59,105 nt of DNA from an uncultured Gammaproteobacteria bacterium (GTDB lineage: Bacteria > Patescibacteriota > Patescibacteriia > 2-01-FULL-39-33). The first letter of the stretch is position 1, and each line of letters opens with the position of its first letter. Location: positions 10,760 to 69,864 of the forward strand of contig CAZHYS010000004.1 of NCBI GenBank assembly GCA_964536975.1, written 5' to 3'. The notes below the pieces were generated by a model that did no database searches, was not told the origin of the DNA, and worked only from the letters and a program-made list of their open reading frames with translations. Shown here piece by piece: positions 28,442 through 37,402 of this stretch. The position numbers were made by a program, and so were the translations under genes.

Positions 28442-28825
28442 ATGCCTGACGAAAAAAAGAAGATTTTGCTAGTGGAGGATGATCCGATGATCGTGGAGAT
28501 GTATAAAATGCGCTTGGAAGAAGAAGGTTTTGAAGTTTTGATTACCGATCGAGGAAGCGAGGCGCTGGAATGGGCGATGAGCCGGAGGCCGGAAGTGGTT
28601 CTGTTGGATATCATTCTGCCGGAAGTGGATGGGTTTAGTATCCTGCAAAATCTCAAGAACAGCCAAGAGACCAAAGACATTCCGGTGCTGCTATTGACCA
28701 ACTTGGGTCAGGAATCGGATCAGGAGAAGGGGCGGCAAATGGGCGTGACCGACTATTTTGTCAAATCGCAGCACACGCCGGCGGATATCATTCAAAAAAT
28801 AAATTCAATAATAATTAATAAGTAA
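28442..28825 (+). CDS. Single-domain response regulator (receiver only)
   Basis: ILLVEDD, LLDIILP (phospho-Asp), LLTN, YFVK. Confidence 0.93.
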   Translation: MPDEKKKILLVEDDPMIVEMYKMRLEEEGFEVLITDRGSEALEWAMSRRPEVVLLDIILPEVDGFSILQNLKNSQETKDIPVLLLTNLGQESDQEKGRQMGVTDYFVKSQHTPADIIQKINSIIINK

Positions 28826-28826
28826 A

Positions 28827-29336
28827 TTGATAATGGAAAAAGCGAAAACAGAGAAAACACTGGTTCTTCTTAAGCCGGATGCTGTCCAGCGGGGACTAAT
28901 GGGAGAAATCATCACCCGATTTGAAAAGGCTGGAATGAGGATTTCCGGCATGAAGCTAAAATGGGTTGACGCGGAAAGAGCCGGTCAGCATTATGGCGAA
29001 GACATTGCGCAAAGGAGGGGAGAAAAGGTCAGAAATTTATTGATAAATTTTATCACCTCCGGTCCGGTCCTAGCGATGGTGATAGAGGGCATTGATGTAG
29101 TGGAAAATGTCAGGATGATGTGCGGAACCACTGAGCCGAAGTCCGCGCCGCCCGGGACAATCAGGGGCGATTATTCCCACGTCAGTTATCGTCATGCCGA
29201 TGAAGAAGGCAAGGCAGTAGAGAATATTATCCATGCTTCAGCCACTCCGGAAGAGGCAGAAAAAGAAATTTATTTGTGGTTTAATGAGGATGAAATTTAC
29301 GATTATCACACCGTTTACGAAATTCATACCTTTTAA
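28827..29336 (+). CDS. ndk: Nucleoside diphosphate kinase
   Basis: TLVLLKPDAVQRGL, PGTIRGDY, NIIHAS; the start may be the ATG at 28833. Confidence 0.96.
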   Translation: MIMEKAKTEKTLVLLKPDAVQRGLMGEIITRFEKAGMRISGMKLKWVDAERAGQHYGEDIAQRRGEKVRNLLINFITSGPVLAMVIEGIDVVENVRMMCGTTEPKSAPPGTIRGDYSHVSYRHADEEGKAVENIIHASATPEEAEKEIYLWFNEDEIYDYHTVYEIHTF

Positions 29337-29343
29337 CAAATCA

Positions 29344-29382
29344 AAAAAATTCTCTCCCCGATTATCAGGGAGAGAATTTTTT
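29344..29382. terminator. Bidirectional intrinsic terminator between convergent ndk and rpmB
   Basis: aaaaaattctctccc / gggagagaatttttt, a 15-bp inverted repeat with A- and T-tracts on its flanks. Confidence 0.88.
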
Positions 29383-29557
29383 AGTTCGCTTTTTTGTTTA
29401 GACTTTTGAGGCAGCTGGTGCAGATTCTTTTTCTTTTGCCATCTATAGTTTTGACTTGAAGATTTATTTTTTGCGTTTTTTTGGTCTTCACTTTTGAGTG
29501 GCTGACATTAAAAGATGTTCTGGTGCCGCGGCCGCACACATCGCAGACTTGCGCCAT
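29381..29557 (-). CDS. rpmB: 50S ribosomal protein bL28, Zn-ribbon form, 58 aa (not in ORF track)
   Basis: Hand translation: MAQVCDVCGRGTRTSFNVSHSKVKTKKTQKINLQVKTIDGKRKRICTSCLKSLNKKAN*. Confidence 0.95.
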   Translation of the reverse strand: MAQVCDVCGRGTRTSFNVSHSKVKTKKTQKINLQVKTIDGKRKRICTSCLKSLNKKAN

Positions 29558-29631
29558 ATTGTTTTGATGATTAACTAATTAGAGCTGGCCGGCCGCTACG
29601 CCAATCTTAGCGCCGACCGGTTACAAAAGAA

Positions 29632-29671
29632 ATTTTATCATAATTGCCAAAAAATGTCAATTTGCTATCAT
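29632..29671. promoter_or_regulatory. Overlapping divergent sigma70 promoters (rpmB and M50 protease)
   Basis: Minus: TTGACA (29660-29655), 17 nt, TAAAAT (29637-29632), with TGn. Plus: TTGCCA (29644-29649), 16 nt, TGcTATCAT (29663-29671). Confidence 0.65.
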
Positions 29672-29703
29672 TAATTAGTAGATAATAATCATTATCACAA
29701 ATT

Positions 29704-30333
29704 ATGCCGATTTATTGGGTATTCACTCAACCGATTTTTTTCCTTGTCTGGATCATCGCCGTGGTGGTCGCTCTCACTATCCACGAATTTTCTCATGCCG
29801 CGGCCGCCGCTTATTTCGGTGACAATACCGCCAAACTGATGGGACGCCTTAGCCTCAACCCGATTGTCCATATTGACCCATTGGGATTTTTTATGCTGAT
29901 ATTTCTGGGCCTCGGCTGGGCCAAGCCGGTGCCAGTCAACCCTTACAACTTGAGAAATTCTCGCTTCGCTTCCGGCTTTGTCGCGGCCGCCGGGCCGATT
30001 TCCAATCTCGCGGCAATCATTGTTTTTTCCTTGGGCATCAGATTGCTTACTCCTTTTTTGGGTCCGGAAAACCTCTTGGTCAATTTTTTGTTTATGCTGG
30101 TCTTAGTCAACGCAGTGCTTTTGGCTTTCAATCTTATCCCCATCCCGCCCTTGGACGGTTCCAAGGTGCTGTTTAGCCTTTTGCCGGACAAATTCAATGA
30201 TTTTAAGTATAAATTGTCAGTCAACGGCCCTTGGATATTATTCATGATAATCCTTTTTGATAGTCTGTCCGGTTTGGGCTTATTCGGTCGGCTGTTTGTT
30301 TGGTTTTTCAACTTTTTAACCAAATTTATCTGA
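29704..30333 (+). CDS. Site-2 protease family (peptidase M50) membrane metalloprotease
   Basis: HEFSH (HExxH), GWAKPVPVNP, AGPISN, FNLIPIPPLDG. Confidence 0.94.
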   Translation: MPIYWVFTQPIFFLVWIIAVVVALTIHEFSHAAAAAYFGDNTAKLMGRLSLNPIVHIDPLGFFMLIFLGLGWAKPVPVNPYNLRNSRFASGFVAAAGPISNLAAIIVFSLGIRLLTPFLGPENLLVNFLFMLVLVNAVLLAFNLIPIPPLDGSKVLFSLLPDKFNDFKYKLSVNGPWILFMIILFDSLSGLGLFGRLFVWFFNFLTKFI

Positions 30334-30357
30334 TTTTTCAGTTTTTTCCGCTTCATC

Positions 30358-30386
30358 TTGACTTATTTTTGATAATTGTTTAAAAT
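30358..30386 (+). promoter_or_regulatory. Promoter of str operon
   Basis: TTGACT, 17 nt spacer, TAAAAT. Confidence 0.65.
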
Positions 30387-30503
30387 ATCATTGTTAAATT
30401 ATTAATAATCAAAAATCAAAATCCCCGTAAATTATTAGGAAAAACAACCCAATGATTTTACCCCGGGGTTCCCTCTTATTGGGAATTTTTTATAACCTAG
30501 ATT

Positions 30504-30932
30504 ATGCCAACTATCAACCAGCTGTTAAAAAAAGGCAGAAAAACCCCCAAAACAAAATCCAAAACTCCTGATTTGCAGGTGACTTTGGACAGTTTGCACC
30601 GCAAACGCAGAAGCGTGCCCAAGGGCAACTCTTTCAAGCGGGGCGTCTGTTTGCAAGTGAGAACTACTACCCCGAAAAAGCCGAACTCCGCGCTCCGGAA
30701 AATCGCCAGAGTGCGCTTGTCCAACGGCCAGGAAGTGACCGCCTACATCCCGGGCGAGGGCCACAATCTCCAGGAACACTCCATTGTGCTCATCCGCGGC
30801 GGCCGCATCAAGGATTTGCCGGGCGTCCGCTATCACATCGTTCGGGGCGTTTTTGACGCCGCCGGTGTCGGCGCGCGCAAGCGGGGCCGCAGCAAATACG
30901 GCTCCAAACAGGACAAGAAGGCGAAATCTTAA
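30504..30932 (+). CDS. rpsL: 30S ribosomal protein uS12
   Basis: [40 protein letters not shown]. Confidence 0.99.
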   Translation: MPTINQLLKKGRKTPKTKSKTPDLQVTLDSLHRKRRSVPKGNSFKRGVCLQVRTTTPKKPNSALRKIARVRLSNGQEVTAYIPGEGHNLQEHSIVLIRGGRIKDLPGVRYHIVRGVFDAAGVGARKRGRSKYGSKQDKKAKS

Positions 30933-30955
30933 ATAATTTTATTTAGACAAATATT

Positions 30956-31420
30956 ATGCGAGGCAAACCAGCATCAAAAAGAAAAATCGCTCCCGATAGC
31001 AAATTTAATCGGGAAGACACCGCCAAATTCATCAATTATTTGATGGAGCGGGGCAAAAGAAATGCCGCTGAAAAAATTTTTTATGAAGCGCTTGATATCG
31101 TTTCTCAAAAAACCAAGCAGGACGCGTTGGAAGTCTTTGACACAGCGATAAAGAATATTTCTCCGACTGTGGAAATCCGTGGCCGACGGGTCGGCGGCGC
31201 CAATTATCAGGTGCCGGTGGCTGTTCGCTCGGAAAGAAGCTTTACTTTGGCCTGCCGTTGGCTGCTGGTCGCCGCCAAAGCCAGAAAAGGCAAGAAGATG
31301 GCGGAAAAATTGGCGGAAGAGCTTATTGCCGCCTACAACAGCGAAGGCGCCGCTGTCAAGAAAAAACAAGACGTTTATCGCATGGCCGAAGCCAATCGAG
31401 CCTTTGCCCATTTTGGCTAA
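30956..31420 (+). CDS. rpsG: 30S ribosomal protein uS7
   Basis: RRVGGANYQVP and MAEANRAFAH. Confidence 0.99.
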   Translation: MRGKPASKRKIAPDSKFNREDTAKFINYLMERGKRNAAEKIFYEALDIVSQKTKQDALEVFDTAIKNISPTVEIRGRRVGGANYQVPVAVRSERSFTLACRWLLVAAKARKGKKMAEKLAEELIAAYNSEGAAVKKKQDVYRMAEANRAFAHFG

Positions 31421-31431
31421 TTTAGTTTCTT

Positions 31432-31459
31432 TAAAATTCAAAATTACAAATTTAAAATT
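31432..31459 (+). repeat. Degenerate 7-bp tandem repeat x4 before fusA
   Basis: taaaatt caaaatt acaaatt taaaatt. Confidence 0.6.
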
Positions 31460-31468
31460 TAATAAATT

Positions 31469-33607
31469 ATGCCCAGAAAACAACCATTGGAGAAAGTCAG
31501 AAACATCGGTATTATCGCGCATATTGATGCCGGCAAGACCACCGTCTCCGAGCGCATTTTATTTTATACCGGCAAGAAGCACAAAATCGGCGAAGTTCAC
31601 GAAGGCGAGGCGACCATGGACTGGATGGAACAGGAACAAGAGCGGGGCATTACCGTTACTTCGGCCGCGACCACTTGCTTTTGGCCCAACGCTTCCTGGC
31701 TGGGCGGAGGCGATATTCAAATCAATATTATTGATACTCCGGGCCACGTTGATTTTACGGCGGAAGTGGAACGGTCTTTGCGCGTTTTAGACGGCGGCGT
31801 CATTGTTTTTGACGGCGTGGCCGGCGTGGAACCGCAATCCGAAACTGTCTGGCGCCAATCAGAAAAATATCACGTCCCGAAGATCGGTTTTGTCAACAAA
31901 ATGGACCGGATGGGGGCGAATTTTTATCATGATTTGGAGACTATTCACAATCGTTTGACTCCCAACGCCCATCCGATTCAGTTGCCGGTCGGCGCGGCCG
32001 AAACTTTCAAAGGCATTATTGACCTGTTTGAAATGAAAGCGCGGATTTATCAGGATGATTTGGGCACTAAGTGGGAAGACACCGAGATTCCGGAAGATGA
32101 AAAGGCGCGCTCCCAGGAATATCGCGCCAAGCTGGTGGAAGCGATCGTGGAAAACGATGAAGAATTAATGGAAAAATATCTGGCCGGCGCCGAAATTCCG
32201 GTTAATGATTTGAAACGGGTATTGCGCCAGGCTGTTGTCAACAATAAAATCGTGCCGATTCTATGCGGTAGCGCCCTCAAAAACAAAGGCGTTCAGTTTT
32301 TGCTCAATGCGGTGGCGGAATTCTTGCCTTCGCCTTTAGATATCGCTCAGCCGGTCGGCCATAATCCGGAAGATGAGACCAAGACGATTCCGGTTAAGAC
32401 CAGTGACGAAGAGCCGCTCGTTGGTTTGGCATTCAAAGTGGCGACCGATCCCTTTGTCGGCAAATTGGTTTTTTTCCGCGTCTATAGCGGCATCCTCAAA
32501 TCCGGTTCTTACGTTCTCAATAATTCTACCGGCGACAAGGAAAGAATCGGCCGCATTTTGAGAATGCACGCCAACTCCCGCGAAGAAATAGAAGAAGTTT
32601 ATTCCGGCGAAATCGCTGCCATTGTCGGCCTCAAAGGCACCACGACTGGCGATACTTTGTCCGATGTCGGTCAAAGCATTCTCTTGGAAAAAATCACCTT
32701 TCCCGAACCGGTCATTGATATTGCCGTGGAGCCCAAGACCAAAGCCGACCAGGAGAAGATGGGCATGGCCTTGGCCAAACTGGCCGAAGAAGATCCGACT
32801 TTCCGCGTCCACACCGACGAAGAAACGATGCAAACCATCATCTCTGGCATGGGCGAGTTGCACTTGGACATTATTGTTGACCGGATGAAACGAGAATTCA
32901 AAGTGGAAGCCAATATCGGCGCGCCGCAAGTCGCTTATCGCGAGACTATTCGCAAGCCGGCGGAAGCCGAGGGCAAATACATCCGCCAATCGGGCGGCCG
33001 CGGCCAGTACGGTCATTGCGAAATCAAGATTGAACCGACTGACAAAGATGAAAACGGCCTGCAGAAAGAATTTGAATTTGTTGACGCCATCAAAGGCGGC
33101 GTTATTCCCAAAGAATATATCAAACCGATTGAAAAAGGCATCCATGAAGCGATGGACCGGGGTGTTGTCGCCGGTTATCGGCTGATAAATATCAAAGCGA
33201 CAGTGTTTGACGGATCTTTCCACGAAGTGGACTCTTCCGAAGCGGCCTTCAAAATTGCCGGTTCGCTGGCGCTCCAGGAAGCGGTCAAGCATGCTGATCC
33301 GGTGCTGTTGGAGCCGATTATGAAAGTGGAAGTTGTCACTCCCGAGCAGTTTATGGGCGATGTCATCGGCGATTTGAATTCTCGCCGGGCGATTATCGGA
33401 AAGATGGAAGATCGCGGCCAGGGCGCGGCGGCGGTCAAAGTGATTTCGGCCGAAGTGCCGCTCGCGGAAATGTTCGGCTATGCCACTATTCTGCGCTCAC
33501 TGACCCAGGGACGCGCTTCTTATACCATGGAATTTTTGAAATACAATGACGTGCCGAAGAACGTAGAAGAAAAGATAAAAGCCGGCCGGATTACCAAAGA
33601 AAAATAG
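31469..33607 (+). CDS. fusA: Elongation factor G
   Basis: [40 protein letters not shown]. Confidence 0.99.
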   Translation: MPRKQPLEKVRNIGIIAHIDAGKTTVSERILFYTGKKHKIGEVHEGEATMDWMEQEQERGITVTSAATTCFWPNASWLGGGDIQINIIDTPGHVDFTAEVERSLRVLDGGVIVFDGVAGVEPQSETVWRQSEKYHVPKIGFVNKMDRMGANFYHDLETIHNRLTPNAHPIQLPVGAAETFKGIIDLFEMKARIYQDDLGTKWEDTEIPEDEKARSQEYRAKLVEAIVENDEELMEKYLAGAEIPVNDLKRVLRQAVVNNKIVPILCGSALKNKGVQFLLNAVAEFLPSPLDIAQPVGHNPEDETKTIPVKTSDEEPLVGLAFKVATDPFVGKLVFFRVYSGILKSGSYVLNNSTGDKERIGRILRMHANSREEIEEVYSGEIAAIVGLKGTTTGDTLSDVGQSILLEKITFPEPVIDIAVEPKTKADQEKMGMALAKLAEEDPTFRVHTDEETMQTIISGMGELHLDIIVDRMKREFKVEANIGAPQVAYRETIRKPAEAEGKYIRQSGGRGQYGHCEIKIEPTDKDENGLQKEFEFVDAIKGGVIPKEYIKPIEKGIHEAMDRGVVAGYRLINIKATVFDGSFHEVDSSEAAFKIAGSLALQEAVKHADPVLLEPIMKVEVVTPEQFMGDVIGDLNSRRAIIGKMEDRGQGAAAVKVISAEVPLAEMFGYATILRSLTQGRASYTMEFLKYNDVPKNVEEKIKAGRITKEK

Positions 33608-33613
33608 ATAAAT

Positions 33614-33649
33614 GAAAACGCCTGAATCAAACTGTTCGATTCAGGCGTT
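33614..33649 (-). terminator. Hairpin terminator, U-tract on the - strand (for the orphan gene; may also act on fusA)
   Basis: 12-bp stem aacgcctgaatc (33617-33628) / gattcaggcgtt (33638-33649). Confidence 0.75.
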
Positions 33650-33674
33650 GATTGCGTGGCCGCGCGTTTCGCGG

Positions 33675-34052
33675 TCATTTCGGGGTGGGGGGAGCGGTGT
33701 TGTCCTCGGCCTCGGCGGCGGTTACCGCGTCTTGAGGGACGAAGGATATGCCATAATCGTGTGGACCTACAAACTGAATCGCTATTTTCCCGTCAATGGA
33801 AATGTAGCGGTAACGCGCTACTACCGTTCCCCATTTTTTCTCACGTTCTTGACTCATTTCGCTCAGTACTACCACCTTTGGCGGCGTCATCGGGTAGGAG
33901 GAGGTTGCCGGCGTTTCCGGTTGCGCGGCTTCGACAACTTCTGCTGTCGCCGGTGCGGTCGTGTCAGCTGATGTATTCGTTTTACTAGCCCCTGCCAGGA
34001 ACCCCAGTACCATTGCGGCCAATATGGCCAGTGCAAAAGCCGTGTTTCGCAT
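33675..34052 (-). CDS. Orphan secreted or membrane-anchored protein, 125 aa (start corrected from 34223)
   Basis: ATG at 34052 is preceded by SD AGGAGAGGAAGG; hydrophobic N-terminus MRNTAFALAILAAMVLGFLAGA; its promoter lies inside the longer track ORF. Confidence 0.72.
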   Translation of the reverse strand: MRNTAFALAILAAMVLGFLAGASKTNTSADTTAPATAEVVEAAQPETPATSSYPMTPPKVVVLSEMSQEREKKWGTVVARYRYISIDGKIAIQFVGPHDYGISFVPQDAVTAAEAEDNTAPPTPK

Positions 34053-34122
34053 CCTTCCTCTCCTTTTTCTCGGCTTTCCGCCGGTTTCCCTGTATTTTTC
34101 TCTTGTTACTGTACTATCTATA

Positions 34123-34151
34123 ATTATAGCACACTTTAAATATTTTGTCAA
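34123..34151 (-). promoter_or_regulatory. Consensus promoter for the orphan gene
   Basis: TTGACA (34151-34146), 17 nt, TGcTATAAT (34131-34123). Confidence 0.8.
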
Positions 34152-34169
34152 TAGTAGCGAGATTATTTT

Positions 34170-34198
34170 TTGCCAAAAGCCCAATTTTACTGTAAAAT
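34170..34198 (+). promoter_or_regulatory. Promoter for 34230 gene
   Basis: TTGCCA, 17 nt spacer, TAAAAT. Confidence 0.6.
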
Positions 34199-34229
34199 AT
34201 ACAAATAATCCAAGGTATTTCACTATTTT

Positions 34230-34577
34230 ATGACCCCCTTGAAAGACATTATCAATCTCATCAAAAAAACCGGGGATAAAGCCATAGTTTTGGACGAGAC
34301 CGGCGTTCCCGGCTATGTAATAATGGCCGTTTCCGACTATGAACGCTTGGTTTTGGGAAAATCCGGCGTGGCGGGCTTGACAGAGGATGAATTATTAGCT
34401 AAAATAAACCGTGAAATCGCCATTTGGAAAGATACCCAGAAAATCCAGGAAATTCCGGTGGACCAATATGATTTTTCCCAGGATTTAGGGGAGTTTAATG
34501 ATTTTGAGCCGCTGGAAGACTTTGACGATGACGAGTCAAACGACGAAGACCATTATTATTTTGAGCCAGTGGAATAA
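34230..34577 (+). CDS. Hypothetical protein with Phd/YefM-like N-terminal pattern and acidic tail
   Basis: IVLDETGVPGYVIMAVSDYERL; very acidic C-terminus ending YYFEPVE. Confidence 0.72.
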   Translation: MTPLKDIINLIKKTGDKAIVLDETGVPGYVIMAVSDYERLVLGKSGVAGLTEDELLAKINREIAIWKDTQKIQEIPVDQYDFSQDLGEFNDFEPLEDFDDDESNDEDHYYFEPVE

Positions 34578-34595
34578 CAGTGGAAAACTAAAAAC

Positions 34596-34623
34596 TTGAA
34601 AAAAATCGGATTTTTGTTATAAT
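34596..34623 (+). promoter_or_regulatory. tuf/S10 promoter
   Basis: TTGAAA, 16 nt spacer, extended -10 TGtTATAAT (34615-34623). Confidence 0.65.
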
Positions 34624-34653
34624 AATAAAGCAATTTTATTTAAAATAATAACA

Positions 34654-34700
34654 TTAAGAGATCTGGCTAAAACCCTGCCTAAGCAAAGGGGGTCTCTTAA
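34654..34700 (+). promoter_or_regulatory. Structured tuf 5' leader hairpin
   Basis: ttaagagatc (34654-63) pairs with ggtctcttaa (34691-700); inner ccct/aggg helix. Confidence 0.5.
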
Positions 34701-34715
34701 AAAGGATTAATAACA

Positions 34716-35903
34716 ATGGCTGAACAATTTGACAGAAGCAAACCTCATGTAAACGTCGGCACCATTGGCCACGTTGACCATGGCAAAACCACCTTGACGG
34801 CGGCGATTTTGAAAGTGTTGGCCGCCAAAGGCAAAAAGGTGCAGAACAAATCAATTGACCAGATTGACGCTGCCCCGGAAGAAAAAGAGCGCGGTATTAC
34901 TATCGCGACCGCTCATGTTGAGTATGAAACTGACAATCGTCATTATGCTCACGTTGACTGCCCGGGACATGCCGACTACATCAAAAACATGATTACCGGC
35001 GCCGCCCAGATGGACGCCGCTATTCTCGTTGTCGCCGCGACCGACGGCCCGATGCCGCAGACCAGAGAGCACATCTTGCTGGCCCGCCAAGTCGGTGTTC
35101 CGTCAATTATTGTCTTCATCAACAAAGTTGATCAGGTTGACGATCCGTCCTTGATTGATTTGGTGGAAGAAGAAATCCGCGACTTATTGAAGAAGCAGGA
35201 ATTTGACGGCGACAATGCTCCGGTCATCCGCGGTTCAGCTTTGAAAGCATTAGAAGACCCCAGCAGCGAATACGGCGAGGCAGTTATGAAATTGGCCGAA
35301 GCTTTGGACACTTACATTCCGGAGCCGCAGCGGCCGGTTGATCAGCCGTTCTTGATGCCGATTGAAGATATTTTCTCCATTGAAGGCCGTGGCACTGTTG
35401 TCACCGGCAGAATTGAACGAGGCATTATCAAACTCAACGAAGAAGTGGAAATCGTCGGTTTGAAAGATACCCAGAAGACCACTGTTACCGGCATTGAAAT
35501 GTTCAATAAGAATTTGGACGAAGGCCGGGCGGGCGATAACGCCGGCGTTTTGCTCCGCGGCACCAAGAAAGACGAAGTGGAAAGAGGCCAAGTGTTGGCC
35601 AAGCCGGGAACAATCACTCCGCACACCGATTTTGAAGCGGAAGTCTATGTTTTGAGCAAGGAAGAAGGTGGCCGTCATAAACCGTTCTTCAAGGGCTATA
35701 AGCCGCAATTCTATGTCCGGACTACCGACGTGACCGGCGAGATTGAATTGCCGGAAGGCACCGAGATGGTTATGCCTGGCGACACTGTCAACTTGAAAAT
35801 CAAGTTGGGCAAGCCTATTGCCATGGAAGACAAGATGAAATTCGCCATTCGCGAAGGCGGTCACACTGTCGGCGCGGGCGTGGTTACCAAGATTATCAAA
35901 TAA
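34716..35903 (+). CDS. tuf: Elongation factor Tu
   Basis: [34 protein letters not shown]. Confidence 0.99.
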   Translation: MAEQFDRSKPHVNVGTIGHVDHGKTTLTAAILKVLAAKGKKVQNKSIDQIDAAPEEKERGITIATAHVEYETDNRHYAHVDCPGHADYIKNMITGAAQMDAAILVVAATDGPMPQTREHILLARQVGVPSIIVFINKVDQVDDPSLIDLVEEEIRDLLKKQEFDGDNAPVIRGSALKALEDPSSEYGEAVMKLAEALDTYIPEPQRPVDQPFLMPIEDIFSIEGRGTVVTGRIERGIIKLNEEVEIVGLKDTQKTTVTGIEMFNKNLDEGRAGDNAGVLLRGTKKDEVERGQVLAKPGTITPHTDFEAEVYVLSKEEGGRHKPFFKGYKPQFYVRTTDVTGEIELPEGTEMVMPGDTVNLKIKLGKPIAMEDKMKFAIREGGHTVGAGVVTKIIK

Positions 35904-35917
35904 GATATAAGTTGGCC

Positions 35918-35959
35918 GGGGATGAGCTGTTTGACGGATTCCATCAATGGCTCATCCCT
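35918..35959 (+). promoter_or_regulatory. Long hairpin between tuf and rpsJ
   Basis: ggggatgagctg...ggctcatccct, an extended stem with G-U pairs and no U-tract. Confidence 0.5.
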
Positions 35960-35993
35960 GTGTCTTGCATAATTTCGTTAATTAAAAATATCA

Positions 35994-36338
35994 ATGGCTA
36001 GTAAAAACACTGCAATCCAGGAAAACGACAAAGCGCATCAGCGGATCCGGATTAAAATCAAGGCTTATGATCACAAGGTGATTGACACCTCTGCCAAAAA
36101 GATCATTGAGACTTGCCAGCGCTTCGGCGCCAAGATTTCCGGACCGATTCCTTTGCCGACCGAAAAGCGGAAATACACGGTCAATCGTTCCACCTTTGTG
36201 CATAAGGACAGTCGCGAACAGTTTGAAATGCGGACGCACAAACGGCTATTGGACATCATTGATCCGGATCCGAAGACGGTTGACGCGCTGATGAGTTTGA
36301 ATCTGCCGGCCGGGGTGAATGTGGAAATTAAAATGTAA
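35994..36338 (+). CDS. rpsJ: 30S ribosomal protein uS10
   Basis: [31 protein letters not shown]. Confidence 0.99.
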   Translation: MASKNTAIQENDKAHQRIRIKIKAYDHKVIDTSAKKIIETCQRFGAKISGPIPLPTEKRKYTVNRSTFVHKDSREQFEMRTHKRLLDIIDPDPKTVDALMSLNLPAGVNVEIKM

Positions 36339-36343
36339 CTTTA

Positions 36344-36632
36344 CAATTGGGAACCGAAGAGAGCGGCCATGGGTCGACCCCGCCTCTATCTTCGGTTCCT
36401 TCAATTGAGCAAATCTAAGCCGAAAATGGAGAGAGATCCCAGGTTGACAGCAGCGTATTTAGGGGAAAACCTCCACTGGCGGGTTGGGTTTACAAGGAAT
36501 TGACAAATTTTTTAATAAAAACATCTTAAAAATTGAACAGTTTGACGGTCGGTTTTGCCGACGGTTGAATCAATCTGGTTTTTAAGATATGGCCAGATTT
36601 TTTTGTCCTGTTAAATTGTTTAATAGGATAAA
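36344..36632 (+). ncRNA. Candidate structured cis-regulatory RNA (attenuator-like) between rpsJ and rplC
   Basis: 312-nt intergenic region with several long helices and a terminator/antiterminator-like overlap (see findings). No family recognised. Confidence 0.5.
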
Positions 36633-36650
36633 TCAAAAAGTTAAATCAAA

Positions 36651-37397
36651 ATGAAATTCATTTTAGGAAAAAAATTAGCGATGACCCAGTTTTTCAAGGA
36701 CGACGGCAATGTCGTTCCGGTGACGGCTGTCTTGGTTGAGCCGAATGTGGTCACTCAGATAAAGACTGCGGAAAAAGACGGCTACAGCGCCGTTCAGGTT
36801 GGGTTTGGCCGGCCGAAGAATTTGAAGAAGCCGCAGGTTGGCCATTTGAAAGGAATTGCTCAAGTCAAAAAAATGAGAGAATTTACCGTCCCAGCCGAAG
36901 AAATTCGCGAGCTCAAGCGAGGCGATGTTTTGACAGCGGAAATTTTTGCCAAGGGTGATAAGGTCAAGGTCATCGGCGTTTCTAAAGGCAAAGGATTCCA
37001 GGGCGTGGTCAAACGCCACGGTTTCCATGGCAGTCCGGCGACTCACGGCCATAAAGATCAATTGCGCATGCCTGGTTCCATCGGCTCCACTGATCCGGCT
37101 CGTGTCTTTAAGGGGCTTAGGATGCCTGGTCACATGGGCGATCAGCAAGTGACAATCAGCGGCTTGGAAATCGTGGAAGTTGATAATGAAAAAAATGTTT
37201 TATATGTCAAAGGAGCGGTGCCCGGCGCCAGAAACGGAATGTTGCTTATTTCCGGCGCTGGTGAATTAAAGCTGAAAGCCGCCGAGCCGGCTGTTGTCGC
37301 GGAAGCTACTGAAGCCAAAGCGGAAGAAGAAGTCGCGCCGGCTGTTTCGGAAGCGCCAGTGGCGGAAGAAAAAGAAGAAAAAACTGAAAGTAAATAA
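36651..37397 (+). CDS. rplC: 50S ribosomal protein uL3 with acidic C-terminal extension
   Basis: GKKLAMTQ, SKGKGFQGVVKRH, PGSIG, MPGHMG, KGAVPG. Confidence 0.99.
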   Translation: MKFILGKKLAMTQFFKDDGNVVPVTAVLVEPNVVTQIKTAEKDGYSAVQVGFGRPKNLKKPQVGHLKGIAQVKKMREFTVPAEEIRELKRGDVLTAEIFAKGDKVKVIGVSKGKGFQGVVKRHGFHGSPATHGHKDQLRMPGSIGSTDPARVFKGLRMPGHMGDQQVTISGLEIVEVDNEKNVLYVKGAVPGARNGMLLISGAGELKLKAAEPAVVAEATEAKAEEEVAPAVSEAPVAEEKEEKTESK

Positions 37398-37402
37398 TTT
37401 AT

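Noticed and set aside
17401-30333. Genetic code 25 (TGA as Gly)
   Set aside because: Conserved genes such as ybeY and the M50 protease end at TGA, and prfB with its UGA-dependent frameshift is present.
31670-31730. Short insertion in EF-G ([11 protein letters not shown]) as an intein or mobile element
   Set aside because: It is only a few residues at a position that is variable in EF-G, with no intein motifs or clear repeat.
32336-33292. 318-aa antisense ORF and many other long ORFs overlapping fusA, tuf, r-protein genes, secY and aspS
   Set aside because: They lie wholly over unambiguous conserved genes and have no motifs. They are the shadow ORFs expected from biased codon usage in highly expressed genes.
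34053-34223. N-terminal 57-aa extension of the minus-strand orphan ORF
   Set aside because: It spans the gene's own consensus promoter; the SD and signal peptide point to ATG 34052.
36369-36503. 44-codon ORF (MGRPRLYLRF...) in the rpsJ-rplC gap as a leader peptide
   Set aside because: It has no SD or T-ATG context, starts inside a strong hairpin and shows no amino-acid run. It is unsupported without conservation data.
36500-36530. TTGACA in the rpsJ-rplC gap as an internal promoter
   Set aside because: There is no acceptable -10 hexamer 16-18 nt downstream.
36339-36650. tmRNA, RNase P, SRP RNA or a known riboswitch in this gap
   Set aside because: I could not find their hallmark motifs (tRNA-like ends, GAGGAAAGUCC, the SRP GGAA loop with GCAGC, known aptamer cores) by eye. 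An Infernal search is needed for certainty.
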